A stretch of DNA of 46,995 nucleotides from Candidatus Wolframiiraptor gerlachensis (GTDB lineage Archaea; Thermoproteota; Nitrososphaeria_A; Caldarchaeales; Wolframiiraptoraceae): assembly GCA_021323375.2 (NCBI GenBank), contig JAJPCT020000003.1, positions 1-46,995 on the forward strand, written 5' to 3'. A program made the position numbers and the translations under genes. Positions 37,818-46,995 of this stretch are shown in pieces; within the stretch, counting starts at the first letter, position 1, and every line of letters starts with the position of its first letter. The notes under the pieces were generated by a model. That model saw only the letters and a list, made by a program, of their open reading frames with translations, made no database searches and was not told where the DNA came from.

Positions 37818-38339
37818 TTGCTTGAGAAGCTGGCTCAGATACTGTTATTCATCCTCCCAGCATACTGTGCGAATGGAGCCCCGGTTGTCGGCGTGAGGCT
37901 GATAGGTCGCTCAACGCCGCTGGATCGAGGTGCCAGAGTCTGGGATGGGCGGAGGATATTAGGGGATGGGAAGACCCTCGAAGGTCTATTGATGGGCGTG
38001 GCGATGGGCACGATAGCCGGGCTTATAATCCATTCTTTCATCCCGGGTATCTATAGGAGTTCGCTCGAGCCCTTCATGCTGAGTGTAGGCGCCATGGCCG
38101 GGGATATATTCGGGTCATTTGTCAAGCGGAGGCTTGGGCTTGAGAGAGGGCGCCCAGCGCCAGGTCTCGACCAGCTCGGCTTCCTCGCCTTCGCCCTCCT
38201 CTTCTCCATATTTACCTTCGGCCCGCCAAGGTGGCTCGATGCCCTGACACTAATTCTACTTGTGGCGGTGACGGCGATTTTGCATATCGGAACAAACTAC
38301 TTGGCATACTTGCTGAAATTGAAAGCAGAACCCTATTGA
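37818..38339 (+). CDS. carS: CDP-archaeol synthase
   Basis: PAYCANGAP, DGRRILGDGKT, GDIFGSFVKRR, LDQL. Confidence 0.95.
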   Translation: MLEKLAQILLFILPAYCANGAPVVGVRLIGRSTPLDRGARVWDGRRILGDGKTLEGLLMGVAMGTIAGLIIHSFIPGIYRSSLEPFMLSVGAMAGDIFGSFVKRRLGLERGRPAPGLDQLGFLAFALLFSIFTFGPPRWLDALTLILLVAVTAILHIGTNYLAYLLKLKAEPY

Positions 38340-38563
38340 CTAGGCCCCCCTCCCAAGAATAGCAACATGAAGAAGATTACGAATATCACGGCATACATGA
38401 TCAGCATAATGTTCCTCATCCGCCTTTGCCTCGCCTCAATCCTCGCCTGAACCTGCATACACTTCTCCGAACATATCTCCTTGTCCGGTGGGATTGCTCT
38501 GCCACAAATCCGACAATGCCTATGATCCACGATCCTAGCCTTCTTCTCCTTCTTCTCGCTCAA
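38333..38563 (-). CDS. DUF2116 Zn-ribbon membrane protein
   Basis: HRHCRICGRAIPPDKEICSEKC followed by a C-terminal TM. Confidence 0.88.
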   Translation of the reverse strand: MSEKKEKKARIVDHRHCRICGRAIPPDKEICSEKCMQVQARIEARQRRMRNIMLIMYAVIFVIFFMLLFLGGGPSQ

Positions 38564-38645
38564 CGGTGGATCCCTCTCAGGGCAGTATTTAAACCGCTAT
38601 CGAGCAAGTCTAGCCTTAAATGCCGCCGGATGAAATGTTTGAAGG

Positions 38646-39866
38646 TTGAGCAGGGAAAGTTTCGAAAACCTAGTCGCTCTCACAATTCCCGTCGCGGCTC
38701 TCCACCTCCTGCTCAACCTCAGCGGCTGGCTATGGTATACTCTCCTAGGCAAGTATCTCATAGTGGATCTCAGCTTCTCCGGGAACGAGCTCGGTCTCGT
38801 GATGATGCTCTATAATCTGTCGTTCGCGGTCTCAGCCCTCCCGGCTGGGATCCTATCCGATGTAATCATGTCTAGGAGGGTGCTGCTCATGGGCGCTGTG
38901 GCATGCGCTATCGGGATACTGCTCATGGCCTTCTCAAGGGATGTGGTTATGATGTCTGCCGCCTGCCTGATAATAGGCTTTGGAGACGCCTTCACGCTGA
39001 CCGCTATAACCGTGCACACAGTCAAGAGCGGCGGTATTAGGCACCTAGCAACGCTCTATGGATTCGTGCTATGGGCTGGAACCTTGGGCGAGCTCCTAGG
39101 ATCATTCATGAGCGGCTATGTGAAGGAGTACTTGGGAAGCCAGACCCTTTTCATCTTAAGCTCGATAATGTCGCTGGCCCCACTGCCCATGCTCCCGCTG
39201 ATAAGGGAGAGGCCTCAAGAGAGGCGCGCCGCGGGATCCATATCGCTAGCCTCCCTCGCCGAGCCCATCAAGCTCCTAGGTTTCCACGATATCCTCAGAC
39301 TGTTGACACTAGGTCTAATCTTCCACACAGTGGGCTATTGCATGTTCTTTCCATTCATCTCTGTTCACGCGAGCTTTGCTGGCCTAGCTGATAGAGAGAT
39401 TGGGATGATAAACTCGGCAATATTGCTCTCAACATTCCTGATAACACTGCCGTGTGGAATCCTAGCGGATAGGATTGGGAGCAGGCCCATGCTGCTGGCC
39501 CACGTCCTTCTATCATCGTTTTCATGGATGCTGTACGGATTGAGCGGCGACCTCACATCAGTCTTCTTGGCGGCGGCCTTCCTAGGAGCTGTCAACGCTA
39601 TGGATTATCCTGCTAGGCGGCGCCTGCTCATAGAAGCCTCTGGGGAGGAGGCTGTTGGGATGCTGATAGGTGCTCTCGACTTCTTCATAAGTCTCGCCTC
39701 GATACCGGGGCCGATGATCGGCGGCATCCTCTACGAGCTGACTGGCATCAGCAGCGTCTTCCTGATAGCATCCCTGATAAACCTGGCCAGCATACCATTC
39801 CTCCTGAGAATCCGTGTTCATGAAATCTCGATGGAGGAGTTTCGGCGGGAAGCCTCCCGGCAATAA
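38646..39866 (+). CDS. MFS transporter
   Basis: About 12 TMs; GILSDVIMSRR and GILADRIGSR motif A repeats. Confidence 0.92.
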   Translation: MSRESFENLVALTIPVAALHLLLNLSGWLWYTLLGKYLIVDLSFSGNELGLVMMLYNLSFAVSALPAGILSDVIMSRRVLLMGAVACAIGILLMAFSRDVVMMSAACLIIGFGDAFTLTAITVHTVKSGGIRHLATLYGFVLWAGTLGELLGSFMSGYVKEYLGSQTLFILSSIMSLAPLPMLPLIRERPQERRAAGSISLASLAEPIKLLGFHDILRLLTLGLIFHTVGYCMFFPFISVHASFAGLADREIGMINSAILLSTFLITLPCGILADRIGSRPMLLAHVLLSSFSWMLYGLSGDLTSVFLAAAFLGAVNAMDYPARRRLLIEASGEEAVGMLIGALDFFISLASIPGPMIGGILYELTGISSVFLIASLINLASIPFLLRIRVHEISMEEFRREASRQ

Positions 39867-39873
39867 AGATGCT

Positions 39874-40383
39874 CTAAACCGATTTTATCAGGTGCTTGGA
39901 GTCCATGACAAGCCTCCAGATCTTGTCATCCACGTGATGAATGTTCTCGGCTATCTTGCCTCTTTCCATGGCGCAGCACTCCTCAAGGCTCTTAAGAGCC
40001 CGCGAGATGGCTATCGGCCTCAGGTTCTTCTCATCCCTGACTACGAGCAGGTCGCCCTCGACAAATGATCCTTGAAAACTTCTCACGCCTGGCCTCATGA
40101 CATCGGCACCCTTCGCTATATGGGGGACAGCGCCCATATCGACCACCAGCGCTGGAAGTCTCTCGAGAAGCCCCCGATTATACTCCTCGTGAAGCGTTGG
40201 GAAGATTATCTCCCCAACCTCCGCCAAGACATAGGTCCCAACCACGTATATTTTGAAATTCTCGCCAGCGATCTGGAGCACATTCTTAATCTTCTCGCCA
40301 GCGATCCCCGAGGCCCAGCCAAGCTTCCTAATCCTCTCCAAGAGCCTAGCCGAGTCCCGCTTACTGAGATACCCAACCCTCAT
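39874..40383 (-). CDS. PUA-domain RNA-binding protein (DUF1947/MCT-1-like)
   Basis: FPTL, VVDMGAVPHIAKGADVMRPGV, NIHHVDD. Confidence 0.9.
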   Translation of the reverse strand: MRVGYLSKRDSARLLERIRKLGWASGIAGEKIKNVLQIAGENFKIYVVGTYVLAEVGEIIFPTLHEEYNRGLLERLPALVVDMGAVPHIAKGADVMRPGVRSFQGSFVEGDLLVVRDEKNLRPIAISRALKSLEECCAMERGKIAENIHHVDDKIWRLVMDSKHLIKSV

Positions 40384-40952
40384 CTCGCCAGCATCCCCTT
40401 AATTACCTGATAAGCCTCATCTAGGCTCCTTATCCTCCTAACAAACTCGCTCTCACAGGATATATTCCTATTCCAGGGACGGTCATAGAGGAGGAGAATC
40501 CTTGTTCTCAGCATACAACCATCCACGAGGAGGGGCGAGTCATCTATGAAGACGTCGTAGTCGAGTCTCGCCTTCATACCGCTGCTCCTGATCCAGACTA
40601 TGTCATCAAACGATATTCCATGGGCCTCGAGCCATAAGAGCGTATATTTCTCGACATCCCGCGGCCGGGCCGTCACGATATCCACCCTTCCTAGAGTCCT
40701 GAGCCTCGCGACCTTCTCGGATAGATTAGGCTCAGTCGGTGGCAGATCCCTCCACATCCTCCAAGCCATCCTCATAAGCTCCATAAACTCCTCACTAGTA
40801 ATCCCGAGCCCTCTCCAGAAATTCCATTCAATCACATCCTCGTAATCCAGCCTCTGGCCTGACTTCTTGCTCCAAAGCCTGATCCAGAGCCTTATTGTAT
40901 CGGCCAAGACACCGTCAACATCCAGCGAGATCCGGAGCAAGACCCTCGACAT
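40380..40952 (-). CDS. HAD-family 5'(3')-nucleotidase-like protein
   Basis: LDVDGVLAD, IVTAR, FIDDSP, PWN. Confidence 0.87.
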   Translation of the reverse strand: MSRVLLRISLDVDGVLADTIRLWIRLWSKKSGQRLDYEDVIEWNFWRGLGITSEEFMELMRMAWRMWRDLPPTEPNLSEKVARLRTLGRVDIVTARPRDVEKYTLLWLEAHGISFDDIVWIRSSGMKARLDYDVFIDDSPLLVDGCMLRTRILLLYDRPWNRNISCESEFVRRIRSLDEAYQVIKGMLAR

Positions 40953-41071
40953 GCGGGGGCAGCACCCTCATCATAAAAATCTAAAGTGATGATGGGGACG
41001 CCGGTCTCCCCGTCGTGTAAGTTAATAAGGTGGCTCTCGTTGCTTGGCAGGCTGGAGGGGCGAGCCCCAGC

Positions 41072-41383
41072 ATGCCGACAAACGTCCGGATAAAATTGAC
41101 AAGCACGGATCTCGAGAAGATCGAGAGGGTATGCTCTGAGATAAAGGAGATAGCGTTGAGGACTGGGACAAAGATAAGCGGCCCCATACCGCTTCCTAGG
41201 AGGAGGCTCGTCCTACCCGTCCGGAAGTCCCCATGCGGTGAGGGATCAAAGACTTGGAGAAAACATGAGCTCAGGATACATAGAAGGCTGATAGGCCTTG
41301 AGATAACGGATCAAAGAGTCATGAGGGAGATAATGAGGATCCAGATACCCGAGGATGTAAGCATAGAGATGCAGATACGTTAA
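41072..41383 (+). CDS. rpsJ: 30S ribosomal protein S10
   Basis: RIKLTS, GPIPLP, RKSPCGEG, IHRRLI; ATG at 41072. Confidence 0.96.
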   Translation: MPTNVRIKLTSTDLEKIERVCSEIKEIALRTGTKISGPIPLPRRRLVLPVRKSPCGEGSKTWRKHELRIHRRLIGLEITDQRVMREIMRIQIPEDVSIEMQIR

Positions 41384-41525
41384 GGTCGAGCACATGAATC
41401 TGGATCTACATGATGTTCTAGGACTTTTACGAGAAAACAGGAGGCATTATCCTATCTCGGTGCTGTGGCCGGATAAGCATGAAGAAATAAATTTGCTGTT
41501 GGTGAAGGTTTGCCGAGGCTGAGGA

Positions 41526-41702
41526 TTACTCTCCCCAATCCTCGGAGATCTCCTCTGCCTGCCTAAGCCTCATCTCACCATTCTCATCTATCTCGAGCTC
41601 GAGCTGAGATCCGCATTCATCATGCTCGAAGAATTCTCCTGGTAAGGCGTCGTCGGGGACCTCCACGTCTCCTCCGCAGATAGGACACTTAAGGACGGGC
41701 AT
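41526..41702 (-). CDS. lysW: Amino-group carrier protein LysW (58 aa; absent from ORF track)
   Basis: MPVLKCPICGGDVEVPDDALPGEFFEHDECG...EEISEDWGE*. Confidence 0.96.
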   Translation of the reverse strand: MPVLKCPICGGDVEVPDDALPGEFFEHDECGSQLELEIDENGEMRLRQAEEISEDWGE

Positions 41703-41763
41703 TCTCCCAACACCCTGACAGCTCCTAGGCTGAGTGAGCAGAATATTAAGTTATTCCCGCAGC

Positions 41764-42564
41764 TTAACCCCTGATTCTCGTCCCGATCTCGCGCTCCAAG
41801 GCTTCCAGCGGGTCATTGGTTAGCCCAGTCGAGATTATCGCCTCTCCCACGCCGGATCTTACGGCCTCGCAGCACATCATGATCTTCCTATTCATGCCTG
41901 TGCCGATCTTTGGCTGCAGCTTTTCAGCCTCATCCACACTGATCGAACCTAGGACGTCGCCATCAACAATTACTCCCTCAACATCCGTCAATATGAGCAG
42001 TCTCTCGGCCTTGATCCCCATCGAGATCCTTGCCGCCGCTTGATCCGCATCAACATTCAACAGCTCATATTCTGTTCCAAGGGCTATTGGTGCGACGACG
42101 AGGACCTCGAAGCTGTTGAGGAGTTTCTCCGCGACATTGGCATTCACCTCGATTATCCTCCCCGTGTATCCTCCTGGGATCGCTCTCGCCCTTCCCCGCT
42201 CATCCACTATCACGATCTTCTTCTTCCTCTCGGCTTTCAGGAAGCCGCCGTCGGCGCCAGATATCCCGACAGCGCTCGCGCCATAGCGCTGGAGCCTCGA
42301 GACTATCTCCTTATTCAGCTTCCCGGCCATAACCATGACGAAGACCTCGAGCTCAGCCTCATCCGTATACCTGCTCCTAATCCCCTGCGGCGAGACGACG
42401 AACTTGGGCTCGATGCCCATCCTCCTTTCATATTCTGAGACTAGGTCTCCGCCACCATGCACGAAGATTATTCTCATGCCCTCCGAGACCCTCTTGGCTA
42501 TGCTCTTGGCGATGTTGTCGAGGTTCTGCGCGAGAGCCCTCCCGCCAGCCTTAACCACGATCAT
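41764..42564 (-). CDS. lysZ: [LysW]-aminoadipate/glutamate kinase
   Basis: VVKAGG, VHGGG, SRYTD, GGYTG, LNVDAD. Confidence 0.94.
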   Translation of the reverse strand: MIVVKAGGRALAQNLDNIAKSIAKRVSEGMRIIFVHGGGDLVSEYERRMGIEPKFVVSPQGIRSRYTDEAELEVFVMVMAGKLNKEIVSRLQRYGASAVGISGADGGFLKAERKKKIVIVDERGRARAIPGGYTGRIIEVNANVAEKLLNSFEVLVVAPIALGTEYELLNVDADQAAARISMGIKAERLLILTDVEGVIVDGDVLGSISVDEAEKLQPKIGTGMNRKIMMCCEAVRSGVGEAIISTGLTNDPLEALEREIGTRIRG

Positions 42565-42577
42565 GCTCCAGCACCAA

Positions 42578-43630
42578 TTAAGCCGGCTTAAGAGGCGGGA
42601 TCATCAACGCCTCCCTCTCATCAAAGCCCATCATTATGTTGAATGCTTGGACTGCTTGGCCAGCCGCGCCCTTCATCAGGTTGTCTATCGCGGCCATGAA
42701 CGCCGCTCTACCCACCCTCCCATCATAAGCGAACCCGACATCAGCGAAGTTGCTCCCGATAACATACTTTGGATCGGGGTAGCCGACAGGCGGCCCCCTA
42801 ATTATCCTGATAAACGGCTCCTTGCCATAGCATGAGGCATATGCCTTGACGATCCTAACCTCGTCGACGCCGCTGTTGAGCCATGTATGGGATGTGGCGA
42901 GGGCGCCCCTGATCGAGCTAACAGCATGTGGGACGAATGCTATCCTCAGCTCCCTGCCAGCGATTTTCGAGAGCTCCTGCTCTACCTCGGCCACATGCCT
43001 ATGGCCTGAGGCCTCATAGGGCCTGATAACATTCTCCCTCTCCGGGTGATGTGTCCCGGGGGTCGGGTTTCTGCCGGCCTCGCTACTCCCAACCTTCATG
43101 TCAACCGCTATATGGTCGAGGTCTATCAGCCTCTCCTTGATCGCTGGTATGAGGGAGAGGATTGCAGCGGTCGAGTTGCATCCAGGTGAGGCGACAAGCC
43201 TCGCCCTAGCTATCTCCTCCCTATGAAGCTCCGGCATCCCATAGACAGCCTTCTCGAGAAGATCCGGCTGAGGATGCTCAAATCCATACCACCTCATATA
43301 GTCCTCCGGGCTCTTCAGCCTATAATCCGGCCCGAGATCCACTACCCTGAGCCCAGACTCAAGGAGCTTCGGCACATAGTTCACCGAGACCCCCGCCGGC
43401 AGGCTCAGAAAGACCACATCAGCTTCCATTATCTTGTCGAGATTCACCTCTATGAACCTCATGTTACCATAGAATCCCCTGAGATGCGGGTGGACGTGGG
43501 TGATGGGTTTCCCAGCATACTCCCTTGATGTCGCAGCAATCACCTCAACCTCCTTATGGAGCGCGAGGATCCTGAGAAGCTCGCCGCCTGTATAGCCGCT
43601 CGCGCCTATAATCGAGACCCTAACCACCAT
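42578..43630 (-). CDS. lysY: [LysW]-aminoadipate/glutamate phosphate reductase
   Basis: GASGYTGGE, SPGCNST, HRHVAE, DNLMKGAAGQA. Confidence 0.94.
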   Translation of the reverse strand: MVVRVSIIGASGYTGGELLRILALHKEVEVIAATSREYAGKPITHVHPHLRGFYGNMRFIEVNLDKIMEADVVFLSLPAGVSVNYVPKLLESGLRVVDLGPDYRLKSPEDYMRWYGFEHPQPDLLEKAVYGMPELHREEIARARLVASPGCNSTAAILSLIPAIKERLIDLDHIAVDMKVGSSEAGRNPTPGTHHPERENVIRPYEASGHRHVAEVEQELSKIAGRELRIAFVPHAVSSIRGALATSHTWLNSGVDEVRIVKAYASCYGKEPFIRIIRGPPVGYPDPKYVIGSNFADVGFAYDGRVGRAAFMAAIDNLMKGAAGQAVQAFNIMMGFDEREALMIPPLKPA

Positions 43631-43688
43631 GGCGAGAACACCCTAGCTGGAGGACATCTGCTCGACATCTGCTCACTTATTAAAGGAT

Positions 43689-44564
43689 TCACCTCCTGAG
43701 AATCCCCTTAACATGCTCAACAATCTTTCTCGGAACATTTATCTTCGTGGCCTCCATGAATCCCTTAAACTCGGGGACACCGTTAACCTCGTTGACGAGG
43801 TATCTTCCATCCTCCTTGAAGACGTCTACGGCGATGAACTCGCCGCCGATCACTGATGAGACTTTCAGCGCAAGTTCCCGAAGCTCTTCATCCAGCTCTG
43901 CAACCTCCACGACGCCTCCCCTAGCCACGTTGCTCCTCCAATCTCCATTAGCCGCGGATCTCCAGATCGCTCCCAAAACCTCCTCACCCAAGACGAGGAC
44001 TCTAAGATCCCTGCCACCATCAATATACCGCTGGATTAGATGGGTTTTCAAAGCTTGGCTCTGATAAAGCTCCCTATGCTCGATGACGCTCTTAAATGAT
44101 TGCGAGTCTCTCACAAGCGTGACCAGCCTGCCCCAGCTCCCGATCGGCGGCTTATCGATCACTGGGAACTTGACCATCTTCTCAGCCCTCTCAGCGGCCT
44201 CACCATTAAGCGCGATCATAGTCTCGGGGAAGGGTATCCCGGCCTTCCAAAACCTGCTGAGAGTCAGGATCTTGTCGCCGGCGATGATTATGGCCTCCGC
44301 GGAGTTTATCGTCCTAGCTCCAGAGGATTCTCGTATTGCGGCGCAATAGGCGGCTCGCTGCATCGAGACAGCCCTAATCAAGGCGATCTCAGCCGGCCTC
44401 TCCCCCCAAGCAAGAGGCGTATACTTAGCATTTGTAAGCTTGAATCTCAATCCAGATCTCCCCAACTCTTCCAGTAAAAGCTTCTCCTCGAGCCGCGGGA
44501 CATCAACTATGAGCTCGACGTCAGCCATCATCCCAAAGACTCCAAAACGTCCACCTACTATCAA
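43689..44564 (-). CDS. argX: Glutamate-LysW ligase (LysX paralog, ArgX type)
   Basis: KPPIGSWGR, WRSNVA (ArgX-type rather than TNTA), NEVNGVPEF; true start probably MMADV near 44531. Confidence 0.82.
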   Translation of the reverse strand: MIVGGRFGVFGMMADVELIVDVPRLEEKLLLEELGRSGLRFKLTNAKYTPLAWGERPAEIALIRAVSMQRAAYCAAIRESSGARTINSAEAIIIAGDKILTLSRFWKAGIPFPETMIALNGEAAERAEKMVKFPVIDKPPIGSWGRLVTLVRDSQSFKSVIEHRELYQSQALKTHLIQRYIDGGRDLRVLVLGEEVLGAIWRSAANGDWRSNVARGGVVEVAELDEELRELALKVSSVIGGEFIAVDVFKEDGRYLVNEVNGVPEFKGFMEATKINVPRKIVEHVKGILRR

Positions 44565-44703
44565 TTATAAAACCTTTCTCATAGGCGGCCAAAAACAAAA
44601 GAATCTTTAGTAAAACAGTGGCTATGCTTAAGATTTTTCATGAGTTTTCCGGCGAAAATAGCTATAACCAGCCAAATCTTACTTGAGGTGGAGTGACTAA
44701 GGG

Positions 44704-44988
44704 TTGCCGGTGAAGAGGAAGAACCGGGGGAGGAAGAAGGGTGATAAGGGCTCCGAGGGGATGGTTCAATGCGATAACTGCGGCGCTCTAGTGCCGAGGA
44801 GCAAGATAACCCGGGTTACTCGCAGGGTCTCGCCCGTGAGCGGGGACCTAGCCAGAGAGCTCAAGAAGCAGGGAGCCTACATCGCCGAGAGCGTGGTCAC
44901 GAAGAACTTTTGCATCTCCTGCGCGATACACTACGGCATACTGAAGGTTAGGGCTAGAGAGGAGAGGAAGAAGCCGGTCACAATCTAA
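44704..44988 (+). CDS. rps26e: 30S ribosomal protein S26e
   Basis: KRKNRGRKKG..VQCDNCG..VPRSK...CISCAIH. Confidence 0.95.
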   Translation: MPVKRKNRGRKKGDKGSEGMVQCDNCGALVPRSKITRVTRRVSPVSGDLARELKKQGAYIAESVVTKNFCISCAIHYGILKVRAREERKKPVTI

Positions 44989-45040
44989 AACGGCCTAAGA
45001 GGAAGCTTATCTACCGGAAGATCGAGATAGACCTCAGGGC

Positions 45041-46297
45041 ATGGAAAGCAAGTTTTACGTTCTTGTCGCCATAGCCCTCTCACTCTCCATCTTATCATTA
45101 GTCGGCGCTGTATTGTTTTATCAGCTCACGATCTATCAGTCCGAGATGGGTCGGCAAATCTCCGCTATCGAGGCGAAGATCACGGGCCTCGAGGAGGAGC
45201 TGGCCAGGATTCGGGCGGATCTAAGGATGCTGAGGGCGAATCTATCCCAGCAGGTTCAGCAAGTCGTAATAATCCAACAGAATATCACGTCGCCAGAGGT
45301 AGTCTATGAGAAGGTGAAGGAATCCGTGGTAATGATCAAGGCAAGGGTGGTGATCGAGACAGTGTTTGGGCGGAGATACGCATCCAGCCAAGGCTCCGGC
45401 TTCGTCTACGACGCGGCGGGCTACATAGTCACAAACTATCATGTTGTGGAGGATGCGATCGAGGTTGAGGTCTTCTTCCCCGATAAGAGCGTCTATGAGG
45501 CAGTGATAATCGGGTCGGACCCATATGCTGATCTCGCTGTCTTGAAGATAGATCCCGTCGAGAAGGTGCTTTATCCGCTTGAGCTGGCGAACTCATCCCT
45601 CCTCCGTGTTGGCCAGCCCGTGATAGCTATTGGAAATCCCTATGGCTTTGAGGCGACCTTGACAACGGGTGTCGTGAGCCAGCTCGGGAGATGCATCGTC
45701 TCGCCGGGCATGAGATTCGTCCCCAACGTGATACAGTTCGATGCCGCGGTGAATCCCGGGAGCAGCGGCGGCCCACTTCTAGACTACTCGGGCAGGGTGA
45801 TAGGCGTCACGACGGCGATATATGCCCAGACTGGCGAGTTCTCAGGCATAGGATTCGCTATCCCATCAAACATAGTAGTGAGGGTTGTTGAATCGCTGAT
45901 AAAGACTGGGAAGTATCAGCATCCATGGATGGGGATAGATGGTGTTGACGTGAACATGGAGATTGCTAGGCTGATGGGTCTGCCAGAGGCGCGGGGATTT
46001 CTCATAACAGGCGTTGCGAAGAATAGCCCTGCGGAGAGGGCTGGGCTGAGACCCGGCACAAGCACTGCCACGATCTCCGAAGGGAGTGTATGCGGCTTCA
46101 CAATATACTCCAACGAGAGGATATACGTCGGCGGAGACGTGATCCTAGCCGTTGATGGGATCAAGATCTTCGGGATCGCGGACCTACTAGCATATCTTGA
46201 AGAGCATAAGAAGCCGGGAGACCAGATAACCTTGACAATTTACAGGAATGGCCAGCTTGTGAACACCTCCCTAACTCTTGGAGCCTTCCCACCATAA
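45041..46297 (+). CDS. Membrane-anchored HtrA/DegP-like serine protease with PDZ domain
   Basis: TM plus coiled coil, TNYHVV, DLAVLK, NPGSSGGPL, PDZ. Confidence 0.94.
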   Translation: MESKFYVLVAIALSLSILSLVGAVLFYQLTIYQSEMGRQISAIEAKITGLEEELARIRADLRMLRANLSQQVQQVVIIQQNITSPEVVYEKVKESVVMIKARVVIETVFGRRYASSQGSGFVYDAAGYIVTNYHVVEDAIEVEVFFPDKSVYEAVIIGSDPYADLAVLKIDPVEKVLYPLELANSSLLRVGQPVIAIGNPYGFEATLTTGVVSQLGRCIVSPGMRFVPNVIQFDAAVNPGSSGGPLLDYSGRVIGVTTAIYAQTGEFSGIGFAIPSNIVVRVVESLIKTGKYQHPWMGIDGVDVNMEIARLMGLPEARGFLITGVAKNSPAERAGLRPGTSTATISEGSVCGFTIYSNERIYVGGDVILAVDGIKIFGIADLLAYLEEHKKPGDQITLTIYRNGQLVNTSLTLGAFPP

Positions 46298-46305
46298 GCT
46301 ACTCG

Positions 46306-46995
46306 CTACTCAAAGTAAACTATCTCAACATCTAGGTCCTCGAGGATCGCACCGGCAGACCTTATTCCATAGTACCTGCATGAGAAGACTGTTAGCAGCC
46401 TATTGTTGAAGAGATAGCCGTAGCCCTTGTCCTGCGGCTCATGCCCCCGGACCATCAGCTCGATGCCATTACGCGCCATGAATCTCTCAAATGCGAGTCT
46501 CCCGAAGAGCATGGCCCCACCCCCCCTCCAGCTTGGAGCAAACTCATCAATATCCTCGCATGGATCATTCCAGAGGAGCTGGAGGGCTCTAGGATCCTCC
46601 GGGTCCAGCTCGCCTTTCGGCAGATCCCTTATCTCATAGACGCTGTCCATGTTATCCGGCACGCCACCGTGAACGCATAGCACCTTGCCGCCTATGAGGG
46701 CGGCATACGGCATCTGGGAGAATAGCCTCGCGAACTCCTGATAGAAATCGGGACCATAGGCGGCGGCCACGACGCTGAAAAAACCATACCATCTATTCAT
46801 CATACGCGACTCATGATTTCCCCTCAACATGATAAGCCCCCTACCCCAGCTAAGCTTATGCTCCAAGAGTGTTATGATGTTCTCGAGCTGCCTCGGCCCA
46901 CGATCAACATAATCTCCCAGAAAGATTAAACTGAGGTTATTCCTCTCAGCATACCTTATCGCGCTCAGACTGGTATCTAGATCACCATGAGTATC
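46306..46995 (-). CDS. Ser/Thr protein phosphatase (PPP metallophosphoesterase), 5' end outside window
   Basis: DTHGD, LGDYVDRG, LRGNHE, VHGG, WNDP, RGHE. Confidence 0.93.
   Translation of the reverse strand, partial: DTHGDLDTSLSAIRYAERNNLSLIFLGDYVDRGPRQLENIITLLEHKLSWGRGLIMLRGNHESRMMNRWYGFFSVVAAAYGPDFYQEFARLFSQMPYAALIGGKVLCVHGGVPDNMDSVYEIRDLPKGELDPEDPRALQLLWNDPCEDIDEFAPSWRGGGAMLFGRLAFERFMARNGIELMVRGHEPQDKGYGYLFNNRLLTVFSCRYYGIRSAGAILEDLDVEIVYFE

Noticed and set aside
40986-41015. Box C/D sRNA (GTGATGA plus short hairpin) upstream of rps10
   Set aside because: No properly placed CTGA D box; only a small hairpin.

Overview
A thermophile-like archaeal chromosome segment. The TACK/Thermoproteota-type gene content (rps26e, CdvB/ESCRT-III, LysW pathway, Csl4-RpoL-TFS) would fit Aigarchaeota/Caldarchaeales, but that assignment is inference. 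Bases 1-15.3 kb are a type IV pilus locus: pilin, T2SSF platform, an intein-containing VirB11-type ATPase with a C-terminal winged helix, and minor pilins. Interleaved with it are a small MglA/CvnD-type GTPase, six Roadblock/LC7-domain proteins (two membrane-anchored, one fused to a redox-inactive thioredoxin-like domain) and two radical SAM genes. The rest is mostly housekeeping: top6B, argG, a split LysW lysine/arginine pathway, endoQ, cimA, tRNA-Arg, tfs/rpoL/csl4/dph2, endoV, cdvB, carS, rps10, rps26e, htrA and a PPP phosphatase. At 33.4-34.8 kb is a decayed two-gene cassette encoding a RuvC(DEDD-like)+Nop-type IS110/TasR-like protein. It is followed by a 128-nt rod-like RNA with two 9-nt variable segments in identical flanks, a candidate dual-guide RNA-directed system. 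Several gene remnants (pilin, Dam methylase, lysW, metE-like, endoQ 3' end, IS200/IS605 end) are also visible.
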